Shown piece after piece: positions 26,957 to 39,853 of a stretch of 64,000 bases of DNA. Where the stretch lies: the NCBI GenBank assembly GCA_043228905.1, contig JBHGNT010000005.1, positions 11,036,001 to 11,100,000 of the forward strand, read 5' to 3'. The DNA is from Azolla caroliniana (lineage: Eukaryota > Plantae > Polypodiophyta). The notes beneath the pieces were generated by a model. The model made no database searches, was not told the origin of the DNA, and saw nothing but the letters and a program-made list of their open reading frames with translations. The first letter of the stretch is position 1. Every line of letters starts with the position of its first letter. The translations under genes and the position numbers were made by a program.

Positions 26957-28627
26957 AAAGTGTTACTAATTAGGAACATAGTCTACTCTCAGTCCTTCGA
27001 GGTAGATTTCAAGGTGATTGCGGTGCAAGGAATAGATTCGTAATAGGCTTACAAAGCAAAGCGTATCGTTGGGGCGTGAAGGGAGATGGCTACAACCGAA
27101 GCTCACCAGCGCGTGATCTCATATGCACACTAACCCTACGGTTACTAGCCTACAGTCACCAATAGAGTACTACACTGAACCAGTAGATGATTTGCACAGA
27201 CAAGGGAATCAAAGAAGATAGTACTATATTACAAAAGGTAGCTCTCAAAATACACGCTACCTCTTTACAGAGGATTTCCGCCCTTTATACACATAGGGCT
27301 TAGAAGTTCGTTATGCTCTTAGCGTGAACCGTTACATGCATTTCTTTAACTCTTCTAATAATATATTCTATTCGTTTAAGTGTTAGGTCCAACGGACAAC
27401 AACGTATGTTGTTCTGATCACAGTTATGGCGCCTTCACTTTCTCTCCCCTCTTGTTCACACTCTTCTCTATCACGAGCTACAATAGAGGATCACCAACTA
27501 CTCTATTTGCCCTAGGTGTATTTATACTAATACATAGAATGGGCTATTTACAATCATGGCCATAATTATTATCTAATAATAATAATAATAATAGTCTTAC
27601 TAATCAACCGACTCATTTGTCGACGGTCGGGTCGGTCCAACTAGTCGGCCTAGTCATCGATGATTCGATCGGCCCGACTAGCTAGTTGTGTCTTCGACCT
27701 CGATCAATTGTCTCTAAGTCAACTCCTCAACTGTCAGCTCTCATCCGATCAGTTGGCTGCTCCCTGTCTTCGGATGTCAGTACTCTCCGAGCATTCGGCT
27801 CTTCCCACTAGAGGGACATATTCTTAACAAGCAGGATGTAGCTATCCAAGAACACCGTCTTCCACGCCTAGAAAAAGCAAATTGAAGTGCACTATCATTT
27901 TGTTCGTGAGCACGTTCTCTTCGGTTAATTGGAACTCATGTATGTTCCGACGGATCAAGACACTACCGATATCTTCACCAAACCTCTCGGCCAGGACAAG
28001 TTGCTATAATTTTCGAGCTTTCTTGGCCTTAACATCTCAACATGCCGCAGTTGAGGGGGAGAAATGAATGAGAGAGGGAGAAAGATGAGGTCCGAAGAGC
28101 CGAATCGGATGTAGAATTTGATTTTGGGAAGACTAAAGAAGCCAGACGGATGCAGGGGGAGTGGTCCAAAGAACGAGCTAGAGCTGGAGCCAACCGAACA
28201 AGGAGAAGACAGAGCCAAGAAAGACAAGATGGGAGACAAAGCCAAGAAGTGTAGAGCATGTTCATGGTGTTCATGACAGAGCCAACCTGAAGGTGAAGTT
28301 CATGACTAAGAGATGGTCAGATGTGGTCAAGGGCCTAGAGGAAGACGAATCAGAGACAACTGATTGAGAAGAGCCGAATCGCACAAAGGCTAGATAGACG
28401 AGAAGGCAATTGAAGATGATACCAAGGCGGGAGAGCTGACGGATCAAGGGGCGCCGAAATTCTAGAGGCAAGAAGAAGGCCAACGAGGGCCTTAACAACA
28501 GACAACTCTTCCGAACAGGTCGAGACATTGTTGAGGAGCAAAAGCTAGGAGGCGTGAAGCCAGGAGAAGCAAGAGTGGTAGACCAGCTGGAACTGATGGA
28601 GAACCTCAAATTGAGCTTGACGGGGAG

Positions 28628-29063
28628 TGTTGAGCGAGCAAGCTCAACTTGGGCTGGATCGGCCGAAGAAGCCAACAGCCGGATCGGATGTATACCGATC
28701 GGCAAGGCCTGGATTGATTGAAGAAGATGGGAGCTGGATCGGATGGAGACCGACAAGCTGTCAGGGGCCTATATTCCTAATTTAGTAAATAGGAATATTA
28801 TAGGTTGTTAGTGTCAGGCTCAGTTAATGAGCATTGAGGTACTTGCAATACTTGTGTCAGTCCACTCGTTAGGGCTTGTATAAAAAGTGCTCTGTTAGCA
28901 CATTGTATGTGTAACTAACTCTTTTGATAATAGAAATTTTGTTTGTCTGCTCACTCTCTCTCTCTCACCCTTACTCTATGTATTCCTCACTATTGCACTT
29001 CCAGATAACCGACAATGTATTCTGTGTCCTTCTACGTAATGTTTCCGCACGTATTCTTTTACA
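28628..29063 (+). repeat. 3' LTR of A
   Basis: Preceded by PPT TTGACGGGGAG. Runs TGTTGAG...TTTTACA and its end matches positions 2-17. Confidence 0.9.
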
Positions 29064-30812
29064 ATAATTCATACTATAACATAAATATACACTTAGAACA
29101 ATTAACGTTACAAATATTACTTGCATGATGGTTGTTTTTTCAATTCTTCAAAGTGTTTGCAATTTAGTAAGGGTATAACATTATATAGTGTCATAGATAT
29201 CAACATAGTGGCATTAATTAGCTTCATGAATCTTAATTAAACACTTTACTTCTTTCAAATAAGTACATAATCTTCCTAACCAAAAGGGTAGACTATCGAA
29301 TATTACAAATTACGGGTGGTGTGTGGATAATTATTTTGAGAATCTGTCAACAATCTATTGACTGTTACTAGGGATATAGCTTTAGGTCCAAATGAGAAGA
29401 CTAATTAATCATAATTAAATAATGAGGATAATTATCCTAGGGTTGCCTGGCACTATTAGCAACACATAGGCACCTATGTGGCATTTAAGTAACCTTTGGC
29501 TTAAGATATAAATTTGGGGTTAGCCACGCCATTTTATCGTCTCCTTTTTGAGACCTAGATACTTTAGAGGTTTGGCGAAGTTCTTGTGTCAAGGTGCCTA
29601 TCATCTAATTTAAGCCAAGTTACATCTCTAGAACATACGCAATGGTATAGGGCACGTCGAGAGTTTAAGGATCACCTCAAATCCTTTGCTCGGGGTTGGT
29701 TAGGAGGGACAACATCCTCACTTATTATTTATTTTCAATAATATCATTAGTAAGATCTAACCATAACAATAATTGATTGAACTCACTGATGACAATGATT
29801 TTAGGTTCTAATTTGTACAAAATGTTGATGAATTTGATGAGGAAATGGTTTTACTAAAATTGCTAACAAAATATTTGGAAAATTTAGGTTCTAATTTGTA
29901 TGAAATTTGATTGATGTAATTGTTATGAGGAAAAGGGTTTCATAATGTAATTGATACCACAAACTTTGGGAATAGGAGGAATGTTTACATTCTTTTATTT
30001 GGGTTACAAAATTCAAGTTCGTATTGATCCAAGATATTATGAAACTTGTAAGGAATGAGCCGTTTGTTGCATTTAGCTCACATTTGCCTTCAACAATGGG
30101 GTGTAAATGGGGTTTTACTCTTCGTGGAAATTACAAGTAAAGAAAATGGAGAAATCGTCAAAATTCATCCCTAGTAAGCCCCTTGGGATGAGGTCTTGGA
30201 GTGGACAAAGTGTCTAGTAGGACTAACTATTCAAACCATCCATTAATAGAGACAAACTTAGATAATATGCATAGTCAAATTCTGAGATTACTTTGAATGT
30301 TTGAATCAAGGGGCAACATGGAAATATGCCGAGACATATATACATACATACGGGCTACACAAAAGCAAGGTGGCCCGAGGTTGGTTCCAAAGAGAGCATA
30401 AGTTTTATGGAAGGATCCCTTGCTTTTTTAATTGCACATGTCATTTATAAATGTCATGTAGCCCAATCTATATTTTGAGAAGAATTGAAACAAACGCCCC
30501 CTTTTTTTTTGTCTAGAGAAGAGAGGGTAATTTTATTTTTTGGTCAAATCAATCTAGTCAAAGGGTTCACACACATTAGAGAACATGAACAAAAATTAAG
30601 GGTAAGGGTGTTAGTTACTCTGCTACAGCTGATAAAACATTATGTAGATACCAGATTGGATTGCATCTCCACCCACCACACAACTACAACCAGGATTTTG
30701 TTATTAATTACTGGCTAAATCATTAAGCTCATCAACAGAGAAGACCAATCCAATCCCTATCTTATTATCATATCTGCTTCTGCAACAGCTCCATTAATCC
30801 AAGAACAGAGCT

Positions 30813-33376
30813 ATGATCCTGCTTCAATTACAGCACCCCCAACTGGCTACGAATCTTCGCCTTAACTTTGGTTCAAGAATCAGTCTGCAAAGATTGAAGC
30901 CATGTAGTCAGGACTTAATGCTGAAGAAGAAGACGAAGAAGATTATTAGGGTATTATCTTCATATAACTATAATTCATCATCACCAGGTCCAATTCATCA
31001 CAATTCCTTCCCTAACTATGGCTTGCTTGGAGACCCTAGTGCTGGTCGCGATCACACCTGTGTGTCGGCAATTACCACCACATCACCCTCATCTACAACA
31101 TCTTCTGAATCAAATTCTGAAGAGTTCATTGAAACGGTAATTACAGTCTCTATGGTTTCATTTCTTTTTGTCCTGCTTAGCCCTAAATTTACAAACTAAA
31201 TTGAGCCTAATTTGTACTCTTTCTGTTTTACATGTTTATATATAACCTAATTTCTTTTTCATTCTTTTCTTCCGTCCCTTTTTTAGATCTACGTTTATAA
31301 CCGAAATTTATCCAAAGTTTCTGCTCTCTCTCTCTCTCTGTGTACCATACGCACACACATATTTTTAACCTAATTCTTATTTTTCCATCACTAAATGCAG
31401 ATGATCTTCAACTGTAGGTTCTTCGCGTTGCTGGGAATTGGTGGATCTCTGGCTGGATCCATCATTTGCTTTCTTAAGGTACTCAAGAGCTCTAGTAAAG
31501 TAATGCAAACCATCTTGATTCGAACCTGGGCGCATGGGTCAGTTAGTAAAAGAATTTGGGTTATGTCTACTACTATGTTGAAATAGAAAGATTTTGGTAT
31601 GAATATAGTTTGAGGCAGGATTTAGATCACTTGTAGATAATCCTAATGCACACACCCCTACTCTTAGAACTTCGCCCTAATGTAAGCAAAAGATAAGGAA
31701 ATAATAGATAGATAGATAAGAGAGGAGAGGAGAGAGAAAGAACGGTGCCGATCCACCTGACCACCCCTGAACAGGGATCGAGACGGACTGGAGCCTCGAT
31801 CAGTGTCCCATACCACCGCCGTGGCGTCGAGTCGTACTTGGTATTGGCGCGCTCGCTACAAGAGTCTCTTCACCACACGCTAAGAGTTTGGACGTAGTAA
31901 AAATGATGTGGCAATGAGGGTAGCTAGCCCTCATATTTATATCTAGACCTAAGGCCCCCATGCCAGTTCACACTTGGCATTAATGGGTTGTCTTAATGTG
32001 TAGGATTAAAAGTAATCCTCCCTTCTTTACACTCTCGGTTAACTCTTGTGTGTAGAATTCTACGGTACAACTTACAACCTGCCACGGTTATTATATGGTC
32101 ATGCCCGTAACGCCTACACATCTGTAGGTGTGTGTGTAGTGTTATGTCTTACACTTGTAAGGTCTGTAGTTACGAGTTGACTTGATATGATTGGAAGCCC
32201 CCATTTTGATGTTGAAATCGGCCTTATAAAACATCTCTAGTGGCATATATATATATCTACATATTTTAACATTTTGGACGTAAATCTTGTGTATGAATGA
32301 ATTACTTCTTATCTTCGATGATTTGTGATCTATTAATGTACACTGTATTTCATGACATGTTCTAGAAATACGGCATATGGGATGATTGGATATATCTCAT
32401 ATGACTAACCAATTGTACTCTATTGAAAAGGCTATCTTGTGCAAGGATGATGACAATATGGGAATTTGGTTTCCGTAATTAATTCACTTTTTCTTTTCAC
32501 ACATGCAATATGAGAAGATGTATAGGAAGTTATAAGAAACTTAAACATTTCCATAAAAAAAGAGTCTTGTTAACAACATTTCCAATTCCTATCATGTAAT
32601 TTCAACTGATTTTTTAGCGAATGATGGCTTCCTTTTTCCCAAACAAGCCATATAATTATTACCATATTTGCATTGTCCATAGATCCAAATGTATATGATG
32701 ATAATAAAATAACATGTTGTTATTTAATGGTAAACTTAGGGGTGTTTTTATGTGGTAGCATCTTTTCAAGACTATTATCGTGCTTGTTGGCAAACTAAAG
32801 AAACAGGAAAAGTTGTTTTACTACTTGTGGAGGCAATAGGTAAGTAAGACAATATCTTATGAATGAATACAATATATTACATGTTTCTTAACTAACTAAT
32901 GATGAGATGATAAAGTTGTGTTTTTTTATTAGATATTTATCTCATGGGAACAGTCATGCTTATCTTTGGGATGGGACTTTATGAGCTTTTCATAAGTAGT
33001 TTGGATGTGCCTATCCATGATCGTCTCATTAATGCAACAAGAAAAACAATTAGGGGCTCGAATTTATTTGGTCTATTCACTCTACGGGTATGTGTCATTT
33101 TCAGTTGGTAAAATGTAAAGGAAGCTCAAATGTTTTGTATTGATCATATAAATATTTCTCACATGGCAGGAGCGGCCGAAGTGGTTGAAGATTAGTTCCT
33201 TAAGCGAACTTAAGACTAAACTTGGGCATGTGATAGTAATGATATTGCTTGTTGGCATGTTCGAGAAGAGCAAGAAAATTCCAATTAATTCAGGCCTTGA
33301 CCTCTTGTGCTTTTCACTATGCATCTTGTTTTCATCAGGGTCCTTATTCTTGCTCTCAAAGCTCCATTCAACCTAA
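30813..33376 (+). CDS. UPF0114 (YqhA-like) membrane protein, probably plastid-targeted; exons 30813-31136, 31401-31478, 32740-32839, 32933-33087, 33170-33376 (287 aa)
   Basis: All four introns are GT-AG and phases are consistent (864 nt including stop). Motifs FNCRFFALLGIGGSLAGSIICFLKG, LLVEAIDIYLMGTVMLIFGMGLYELFIS and RPKWLKISSLSELKTKLGHVIVMILLV. The N-terminus is S/T/K/R-rich and transit-peptide-like. Confidence 0.92.
31662..32112 (-). mobile_element. Chromovirus-family solo LTR in intron 2 of the host gene
   Basis: TSD CCTAC (31657-31661 and 32113-32117). Termini are mutated (TCTTAG..GTAACG). Similar to the O LTR, e.g. GGTGCCGATCCACC..GGGATCGAGACGGACT. Confidence 0.85.
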
Positions 33377-33899
33377 GTGAAAAAGGTGGTTCTCGGATAA
33401 AGTGAAGTCCAACACTTCTAAGTTAGAACCCATGCCTTTCTACACAAAAGGTAAGTATTCCTATTGTGGAGAATAGTCTAATAAAATATAGTCACAACCT
33501 CTCCACTTAATTATCTAAAAGTAGCATTCTTATGTAGGTTTCATATCAAGAATTAGAAAAGAATGCCTAAGAATAATGTGCACAACACAATATTGATAAG
33601 GAGTGAGCGGAAATCGTTGTATTTGTTTAGCAAAATGATGTGTACCTACATAATGTACATTTCAAGGAAGTTCAAAAACAATTCGCAATTCATTGTTTGA
33701 AGATAAGTACAAATGATAAAGTTCACATAAAAATCATGGGTGTCTAAATTCTAGTTGATATGATCAGTTATGCTATAATACTGAATTGTGAATTCCCAGT
33801 TCCTTTGTTGAAGATTTTCTTGGAAGAGGCCTCGAGACCTGAATACCAAAATTAGGGATTGAAATTGATTGAACTCACATCCTATTCATTTACATCTCT

Positions 33900-34270
33900 T
33901 GCTCACCCACCCACTCTTACACATACCATAACCCTAAGAGAGTTTACATTCTTTACACGGTATCAAAGTGTGAGGGTTGAGATCCTTCATCGATCTCCAA
34001 TATTGAAGTTGTGTGATGAGTTGGAGATGTCATCTTGAACTGGCTTTCACTAACTGGAGTCATATCGAGGGTACAAAAGAAACAACTCATGATCTCATAA
34101 ACCTTTACTACCCAACATGCCATTAGGACACTAACTAGTTAATGTAATACTTGGCAATTTGTGTGCAAGATCACATGTTAAGCTATATCCAAGCTGCAAA
34201 GGTCTCAAAGGAAGCATGGGAAAACTTGAAGCAGATTTTTGTGGTGACAACCACGACCCGAAAACAACTC
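33900..34270 (+). mobile_element. Old copia relic M (LTR end, degenerate iMet PBS, gag start); left edge approximate
   Basis: ..TTCTTTACA followed by CGGTATCAAAGT (33958-33969). A gag segment GGGAAAACTTGAAGCAGATTTTTG..AAAACAACTC resembles A at 311-366. Confidence 0.6.
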
Positions 34271-37200
34271 TGTGAAAGTTATGTGCGGAAGCTATACGTA
34301 CAACAGAATAATGAATAGAAGGTTTAATGGAAATCTTAGAACGAAAAAAAAACAGAGTAAGCGGAAGAGATAGAGAGAGCAAAAACACAAAAACTTAATT
34401 CAAACAATACAATACGCTCTGTACATAGGATGCGCTCAGAGAGCACTTTTATACAAGTCCATACAGACTAACAGAAGTACTGACTCGTACTTCAATGCTC
34501 ATCAATGAACCCCTACACTAACTCCCAAAATATATTCCTCCGCAGAATATCCATCCAACGGCCTCCTGGTTTATGAAGTTGTCACGTTAGTTTACGCACC
34601 CAATGTTGAACTTGTATCTCAACACTCCCCCTCAAGCTCAACTTGAGGTTCCGCTTGCTCTTCCGGTTCTTCACTTTGGATTCTTCTGGCATCACGTCTC
34701 AGTCGCGCTCGCCGCACGCCTTGACCCTTTCGATCGGCTTGTTTGCTCATACGGCCTTTCCCAGCTCCCTTGCTATTGCAGTGTTGGCGCCAGTTTCGTT
34801 GCCCTTTCTTCTGCTTGGCCTTTAGTTGATTCAGCGTCTCCGAATCGAACATTCGAATCGAATCGGTTGTCTTCGATTCATGTCCGCTTTTTTCCGAATG
34901 GGTTGCCTCCAATTCGTTTTTAGCCTTCAAGCCCTTGACCATGTCTTGGTCTTGGCCTTCTTGGCCTTCTTGGCATCATGTCCCCCTCATTTGGTTGACT
35001 CCGGCTCTTCCCTTCGGTTGATGCCCCTGTTTCCGCCTTCGGCTTCTTTAGGCAACCCGAAATTGAATTCTTCATCCGACTCGGCTTCGCGGTCACTTCC
35101 ACTCCTTTCCTGCTCCCTTTCTTGGTCTTTTCTCCCCCTCAAGTTCGGAACGTCGAGGTGCGACAAACCAAGCACACTCGAGAATTGCCGCAACTTGTCG
35201 AGACCAAGGGGCTTGGTGAAGATGTCGGTAGTATGTCGATCCGTCGAAATATATACTAGGTTGACTTCACCAAAGAGGACAGGCTCGAGGACAAAATGGT
35301 AGTGCACCTCAATGTGCTTGGACGTGGAAGATGGGGTTCTTAGCAAGTTGGATGCTCTTGAGATTGTCGCAATAGATCGTCGTCGGATCTGACACCTCCA
35401 CATGTAGATCCTTGAGTAGCCTCTTGTGCCAAATGGCTTCGCATGTCGTGACATCCACTCCTCGATACTCAGCCTCCATGCTCGACAGTGCAATTGTCAG
35501 CTACTTCTTGTTGCTCCAGGCAATCACAACACTCCCAAGAGAGAAAGAGAACCTAGATGTGGATCTACGATCGCCAGTGTTTCCGGCCCAATTGGCATCC
35601 GAGTAGCCGACGAGCTGTTCGACAATACCAGTCCGATATAGCAATGCCCTATCCTTAGTGCCACGAACATAACGCAATAACCTTTGCACGCAATGAAGGT
35701 GTTTGGTCGTGGGCTCCGACATAAATTGATTGATTAGGCAGACTGGGTAATTGAGATCCGGCCGAGTGATTGTCAAATAAATTAGGTTTCCAACAATCTA
35801 TCGGAACTGTGTCGGGTCGCACGCCTTTCCCGAATCTCGGCGAAACTTGAAATTTACAATTTCCCAACCCGAACTTGAAGAGCATACTCAGTACGTAATG
35901 TCATTGGCTAATCAGTATGCCTTCGGGGGTGCGGATAACTTCGATCCCTAGGAAGTAATGAAGGTCCCCTAGGTCCTTCATGTCAAATGATGCCGCGAGC
36001 TGAGACTTTACGCGTCTGATTTCATCTAGGTCGGCGTCGGGGATGACTAAATCATCGACATAAAGTAAAATACTAACCGGTCCATGTCGACCTTGCCGAA
36101 CGAACAATGAAGACTCCGATTTGGACGTTACAAACCCCATCCGACGCAGGCGCTGCGTGATCTTCGTGTTCTAGGCGCACGGGGTTTTCTTTAGACCGTA
36201 GAGGGACTTCTTCAATCGGCATATTGTCGAGGTGTTCTTTTAGGACTGAAATCTGGGGGTTGTACCATGTACACGTGTTCCTCAAGTTCTGCTTGCAGGA
36301 ACACATTCTTGGCATCCATCTGATGTAAATGCCACCCCTTTATCGCGGCTACCGCAAGTAGGACACGGACGGTTGTTATCTTCGCGATCGGCGCAAAGGT
36401 CTCATCGTAGTCGATGTCGTGTTGTTGTGCGTATCCCTTCGCCACTAACCGGGCTTGTAGCACTTGAAGACTCCGATTTGGACGTTACAAACCCCATCCG
36501 ACGCAGGCGCTGCGTGATCTTCGTGTTCTAGGCGCACGGGGTTTTCTTTAGACCGTAGAGGGACTTCTTCAATCGGCATATTGTCGAGGTGTTCTTTTAG
36601 GACTGAAATCTGGGGGTTGTACCATGTACACGTGTTCCTCAAGTTCTGCTTGCAGGAACGCATTCTTGGCATCCATCTGATGTAAATGCCACCCCTTTAT
36701 CGCGGCTACCACAAGTAGGACACGGACGGTTGTTATCTTCGCGATCGGCGCAAAGGTCTCATCGTAGTCGATGTCGTGTTGTTGTGCGTATCCCTTCGCC
36801 ACTAACCGGGCTTGTAGCACTTGATAGAGTCGTCAGTGTTGTACTTGACCTTGTACACCCACCTACATCCAATCAGCGTTACACCCTTCGGGGCATCAAC
36901 CAGGTCCTAGGTTTCATTTTCCGCTAATCTGTGCATCTCTTCCTCCATTGCAGCACGCCAATTTGCGTCCTTCGCCACTTTTGCATATCTTTTCGGCTCA
37001 CGCACTTCCACCACTCATGTCATGTACGCATAATGATGCACCATGAACTCGTTGTATCCGAATCACACCACGGGGTTCTTCTAGCGGGTAGATCAGCGTA
37101 CTTGTTCATTAGTCGATTTTGAGGCCCTCTTGGCCGACGCGAACTTCATTTTGGAAGGTCCTTCATCGTTCTTCTCGGAGTCGGATTCGCTTAGATCCGA

Positions 37201-37713
37201 CTCGTCTTTATCAGTGTCGTACTCCAACATCTTCTTCTTTCCCTTCTTTTCGCATGTAAGCCGTCTCCTCGATTTCCAAAGCGGGGATGGCACGACCGAG
37301 TCTCCACTACTCGTCGGCTCGTTGTCGGACTGGTTATTCCGACTCAGTCTCTCATTCGGCCCCCTTAGCTTGAATGAAATCAGAATCTCCTCAAGAGCTC
37401 CGATTGCTTCTTCGTTCAGAGGCATTTTGGCCTCACTAACCTCATCATCAGAGATCGGAATGGAGTTTTCAAGGGTTAGAGGCGAAGGGAAGTACCACGA
37501 CGTGGATTCGTCGAATAAGACATCTTGCCTCACTCGAACTTTTTTGGTCTTGGGGTTATAACACTTATAACCCTTTTGTTCACATGAGTAGCCAACCAAC
37601 ACGCATTTCTCTGACTTCAGCTCCAGCTTCCTTCGCTTCTCATCGCACACGTGCACATAGGCAATGCTCCTGAATACCCTCATGTGTCGTAGGTTCGACT
37701 TCCTTCCAAAATA
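34271..37713 (-). mobile_element. Ty1/copia element G (A/E family), 3' part; the rest lies beyond element L, outside the window
   Basis: 3' LTR 34271-34624 is similar to the E LTR. PPT rc at 34625-34635. RNase H, RT and INT C-terminal relics (34987-37713). Confidence 0.9.
36108..36821. repeat. 357-bp tandem duplication within the RT of G
   Basis: Units 36108-36464 and 36465-36821. I see only two substitutions between them. Confidence 0.95.
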
Positions 37714-38411
37714 TGTTGTCACCGGGCTGGACAAGCCACTAACACAAGGTGTCCCTATGGAACACTTCATTGAAGGGGTGGTACCGTAAGGAATGTTCAG
37801 ACTGTAATACAAAACTTATCCTTCTCGGTTACTATCTGGAATGATAAACTTGATACACGCTGTCATGAAAATTTTCGGCAATGGTGTGAAAATTACATAA
37901 AATGTATGAAATTGAGTGTGATTCATATAAAACAATAATAGTGAAGATACTAATTTTAAGTAAGTTTAATATCTTAGTACAAAAAGATGGAGGTCTTGAA
38001 GAGCTTTTGGATGCACTTTACTACATAAGAAACAAACATCTAAGTGTCAACTTATGTGGGTAGGATGTTTGCAAAGACAAAGAGAAAAATAAAATTGTGA
38101 GATATCCCACATAGACAGAAGGATCTCACCATATATAAGGTAGAGCAAAAGCTATTATCTTTGTGTCTATGTGTGGAGCATCGAGAGTTCAAGGTGACTT
38201 AAACTAAGATATTGGATTAATGGGTGTGGCCTGGCTACTTGCAAAGTTTTTGGCCAACCGAAACCGGACCGGCAATGGGGCCGGTGAGCCGGTGGCAACC
38301 GGCAACGGAACCGGGATCCGGCGACAGAACCGGACGGTAAACGGCGACCAACGGCTAGATGGATAAATAAATAAATAAATATTTATACATATACACAAAG
38401 AGGGAAAGTAA

Positions 38412-38465
38412 GGATTTGAACCTTGCACCTCCAAGTTGAGAGTCAATAGGCTTACCACTAAGCCA
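38412..38465 (-). promoter_or_regulatory. tRNA-derived Pol III-type A-box/B-box module in the K 5' LTR (copies at 60085-60138 and 39991-40045)
   Basis: rc TGGCTTAGTGG (A-box; D-stem GCTT/AAGC) ... GGTTCAAATCC (B-box; T-stem AAGG/CCTT). Confidence 0.7.
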
Positions 38466-39853
38466 ACACATTTTCTTGGAATTATATTTTTATCATTATA
38501 ACTTTACATGGAAATTCTCATACATGAGAGCTAAAATGAGTGACATGGTTGTCATGCACCACATGTAATACATGAGCGCCAAATGGCAGACATGCATTTT
38601 ATGCATGTATTGTACCCTCAAATGCATGAGACCATCTATAAAAGACGGGAGCGAAAAGATGAAAGGACTAATGTAAAATTTTTGGATGATCAAATAAGAA
38701 ACTTGTAACCCTATTGTGGATGTATCTTCTCTCTCAAATCTAGAATCAAGAGGTAAATCTTTATTTCAATATCTCTCTCTCGCCATATCAATCTCTCTCA
38801 ATCTATCTTAAATACTTTCTCGCTAAAACTAGCGTAACCTTCGAATCCTTCCGGTCCAGAACCCCGGTGGTTCCGCCTCACGATCCGCACCTAGCGACAA
38901 ATCTTCACGACATAATTAAGTGGTGAACCCGATGTGAAAGAGGCAGCAAGAAGGATCAAATTGAGGATCAACCGATACTTGGAGATGGCATCCTCAAGGA
39001 ACCAAGCGGGAGAGTTCGAAAGGATGATGTTGATCGTCAAACAAATGATGAGATCTTGAAACAACGATGCGAGTGGGGAGAAGGCTGTCGACCGTGTCGT
39101 TGAGCTCGAGGGTTAATTTGACGGAAGGAACATTACGAAGTTCCTTGATGCATATAGAAGGGAGATGAATCAAAGGGACGTGTCTGAAGCGCGTCAAATC
39201 ACAAGTTCCAAGAGAGTGGTCTCCAACAACATCCAAAGGCGCGTCATCGAGCTTCAAGAAGGGAAGACAACGTGGTCGGAGTTCGAGAAAGCCATATTAG
39301 CGGAGTTCGCGATGGAAGATTTGTTGAGGATGACTCAACATGCCTTGATGAAGTGGATAGAGAAGAATAATAAGAAGATGAGCGCCTCGAGGGTGTACGA
39401 CGAATTCGACCAGATGTTTAGTCGTCTCCTCAACATGGACCAAGTGTTGCTTGAAGAGGACAAGACTTTGTACTTCTTGAAAGTTGTGGTCATGAAGGAT
39501 AGACGAGAATTGGGGACTCTTCTCGAAGATGATACCCAAGCGAACGGGCTTGTGACGGACTGGGTTGTGGTGAAGCGAGCATGCAATAGGCTCGACAAGC
39601 GTCGTCAGTGGGTTGATGACACAGACTTGGCAGGATCGACTATCACGGAGAAAACAAGACAACCAAAAGTAGCTAAGCCGCCCAAACAAAGCAGCCCGGA
39701 AGAAAAGAAGATTGATGACGACATCATCGAAGAGCTAGCGAAGAAGTTTGAGATGGTGACGCTAGCCAACATGAATCGTCGGGGCCCCAAAGGAAAAGAA
39801 CCCTTTAGATGCGTGTGGTGCGATAGCATGGACCACATGAGAAGGGATTGCGT

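Larger units (their letters stand above)
17074..27401 (-). mobile_element. Non-chromovirus Ty3/gypsy element D, inserted in the 5' LTR of B
   Basis: TSD GCGTA/ACGTA. LTRs 17074-17513 and 26961-27401. tRNA-Arg-type PBS 26938-26956. Gag relic ~26362-26720, PR ~21975-22177 and 3' accessory ORF 17561-~19720, all on the minus strand. Confidence 0.92.
4443..27829 (-). mobile_element. Ty1/copia element B (Tork/Tnt1-like, decayed), inserted in the RNase H of A
   Basis: TSD AGTAG/AGCAG. 3' LTR 4443-5056 with adjacent PPT (rc AACTCCCCCTTCAC). 5' LTR 16852-17073 plus 27407-27829. iMet PBS at 16837-16848. Minus-strand gag (16317-16823), INT (15189-15572), RT (6108-6623) and RNase H (5103-5576). Confidence 0.93.
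1..29063 (+). mobile_element. Ty1/copia LTR retrotransposon A (decayed; 5' LTR mostly upstream of the window; hosts the left nest)
   Basis: The 5' LTR end CACGTATTCTTTTACA (2-17) recurs at the end of the 3' LTR (29048-29063). PBS at 18-29. Gag, PR (WYVDSGASNHM), INT, RT and RNase H relics occur in copia order. RNase H is broken at 4442 and resumes at 27835 (..NTVFHA..IEVHYHFVRE). Confidence 0.93.

Noticed and set aside
29640-30210. Possible DNA transposon or MITE relic upstream of the gene (GGGATGAGGTCTTGGAGTGGAC end; short repeated TTTAGGTTCTAATTTGTA)
   Set aside because: I could not find a convincing matching inverted terminus, TSD or coding motif.
33806-33957. TGTTGAAG as the start of the M 5' LTR
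   Set aside because: It would give an implausibly short LTR and there is no partner LTR in the window to confirm it.
38405-38475. Possible tRNA gene on the minus strand
   Set aside because: A/B boxes and D/T stems are present, but there is no acceptor stem or canonical anticodon arm. Reported as a tRNA-derived module instead.
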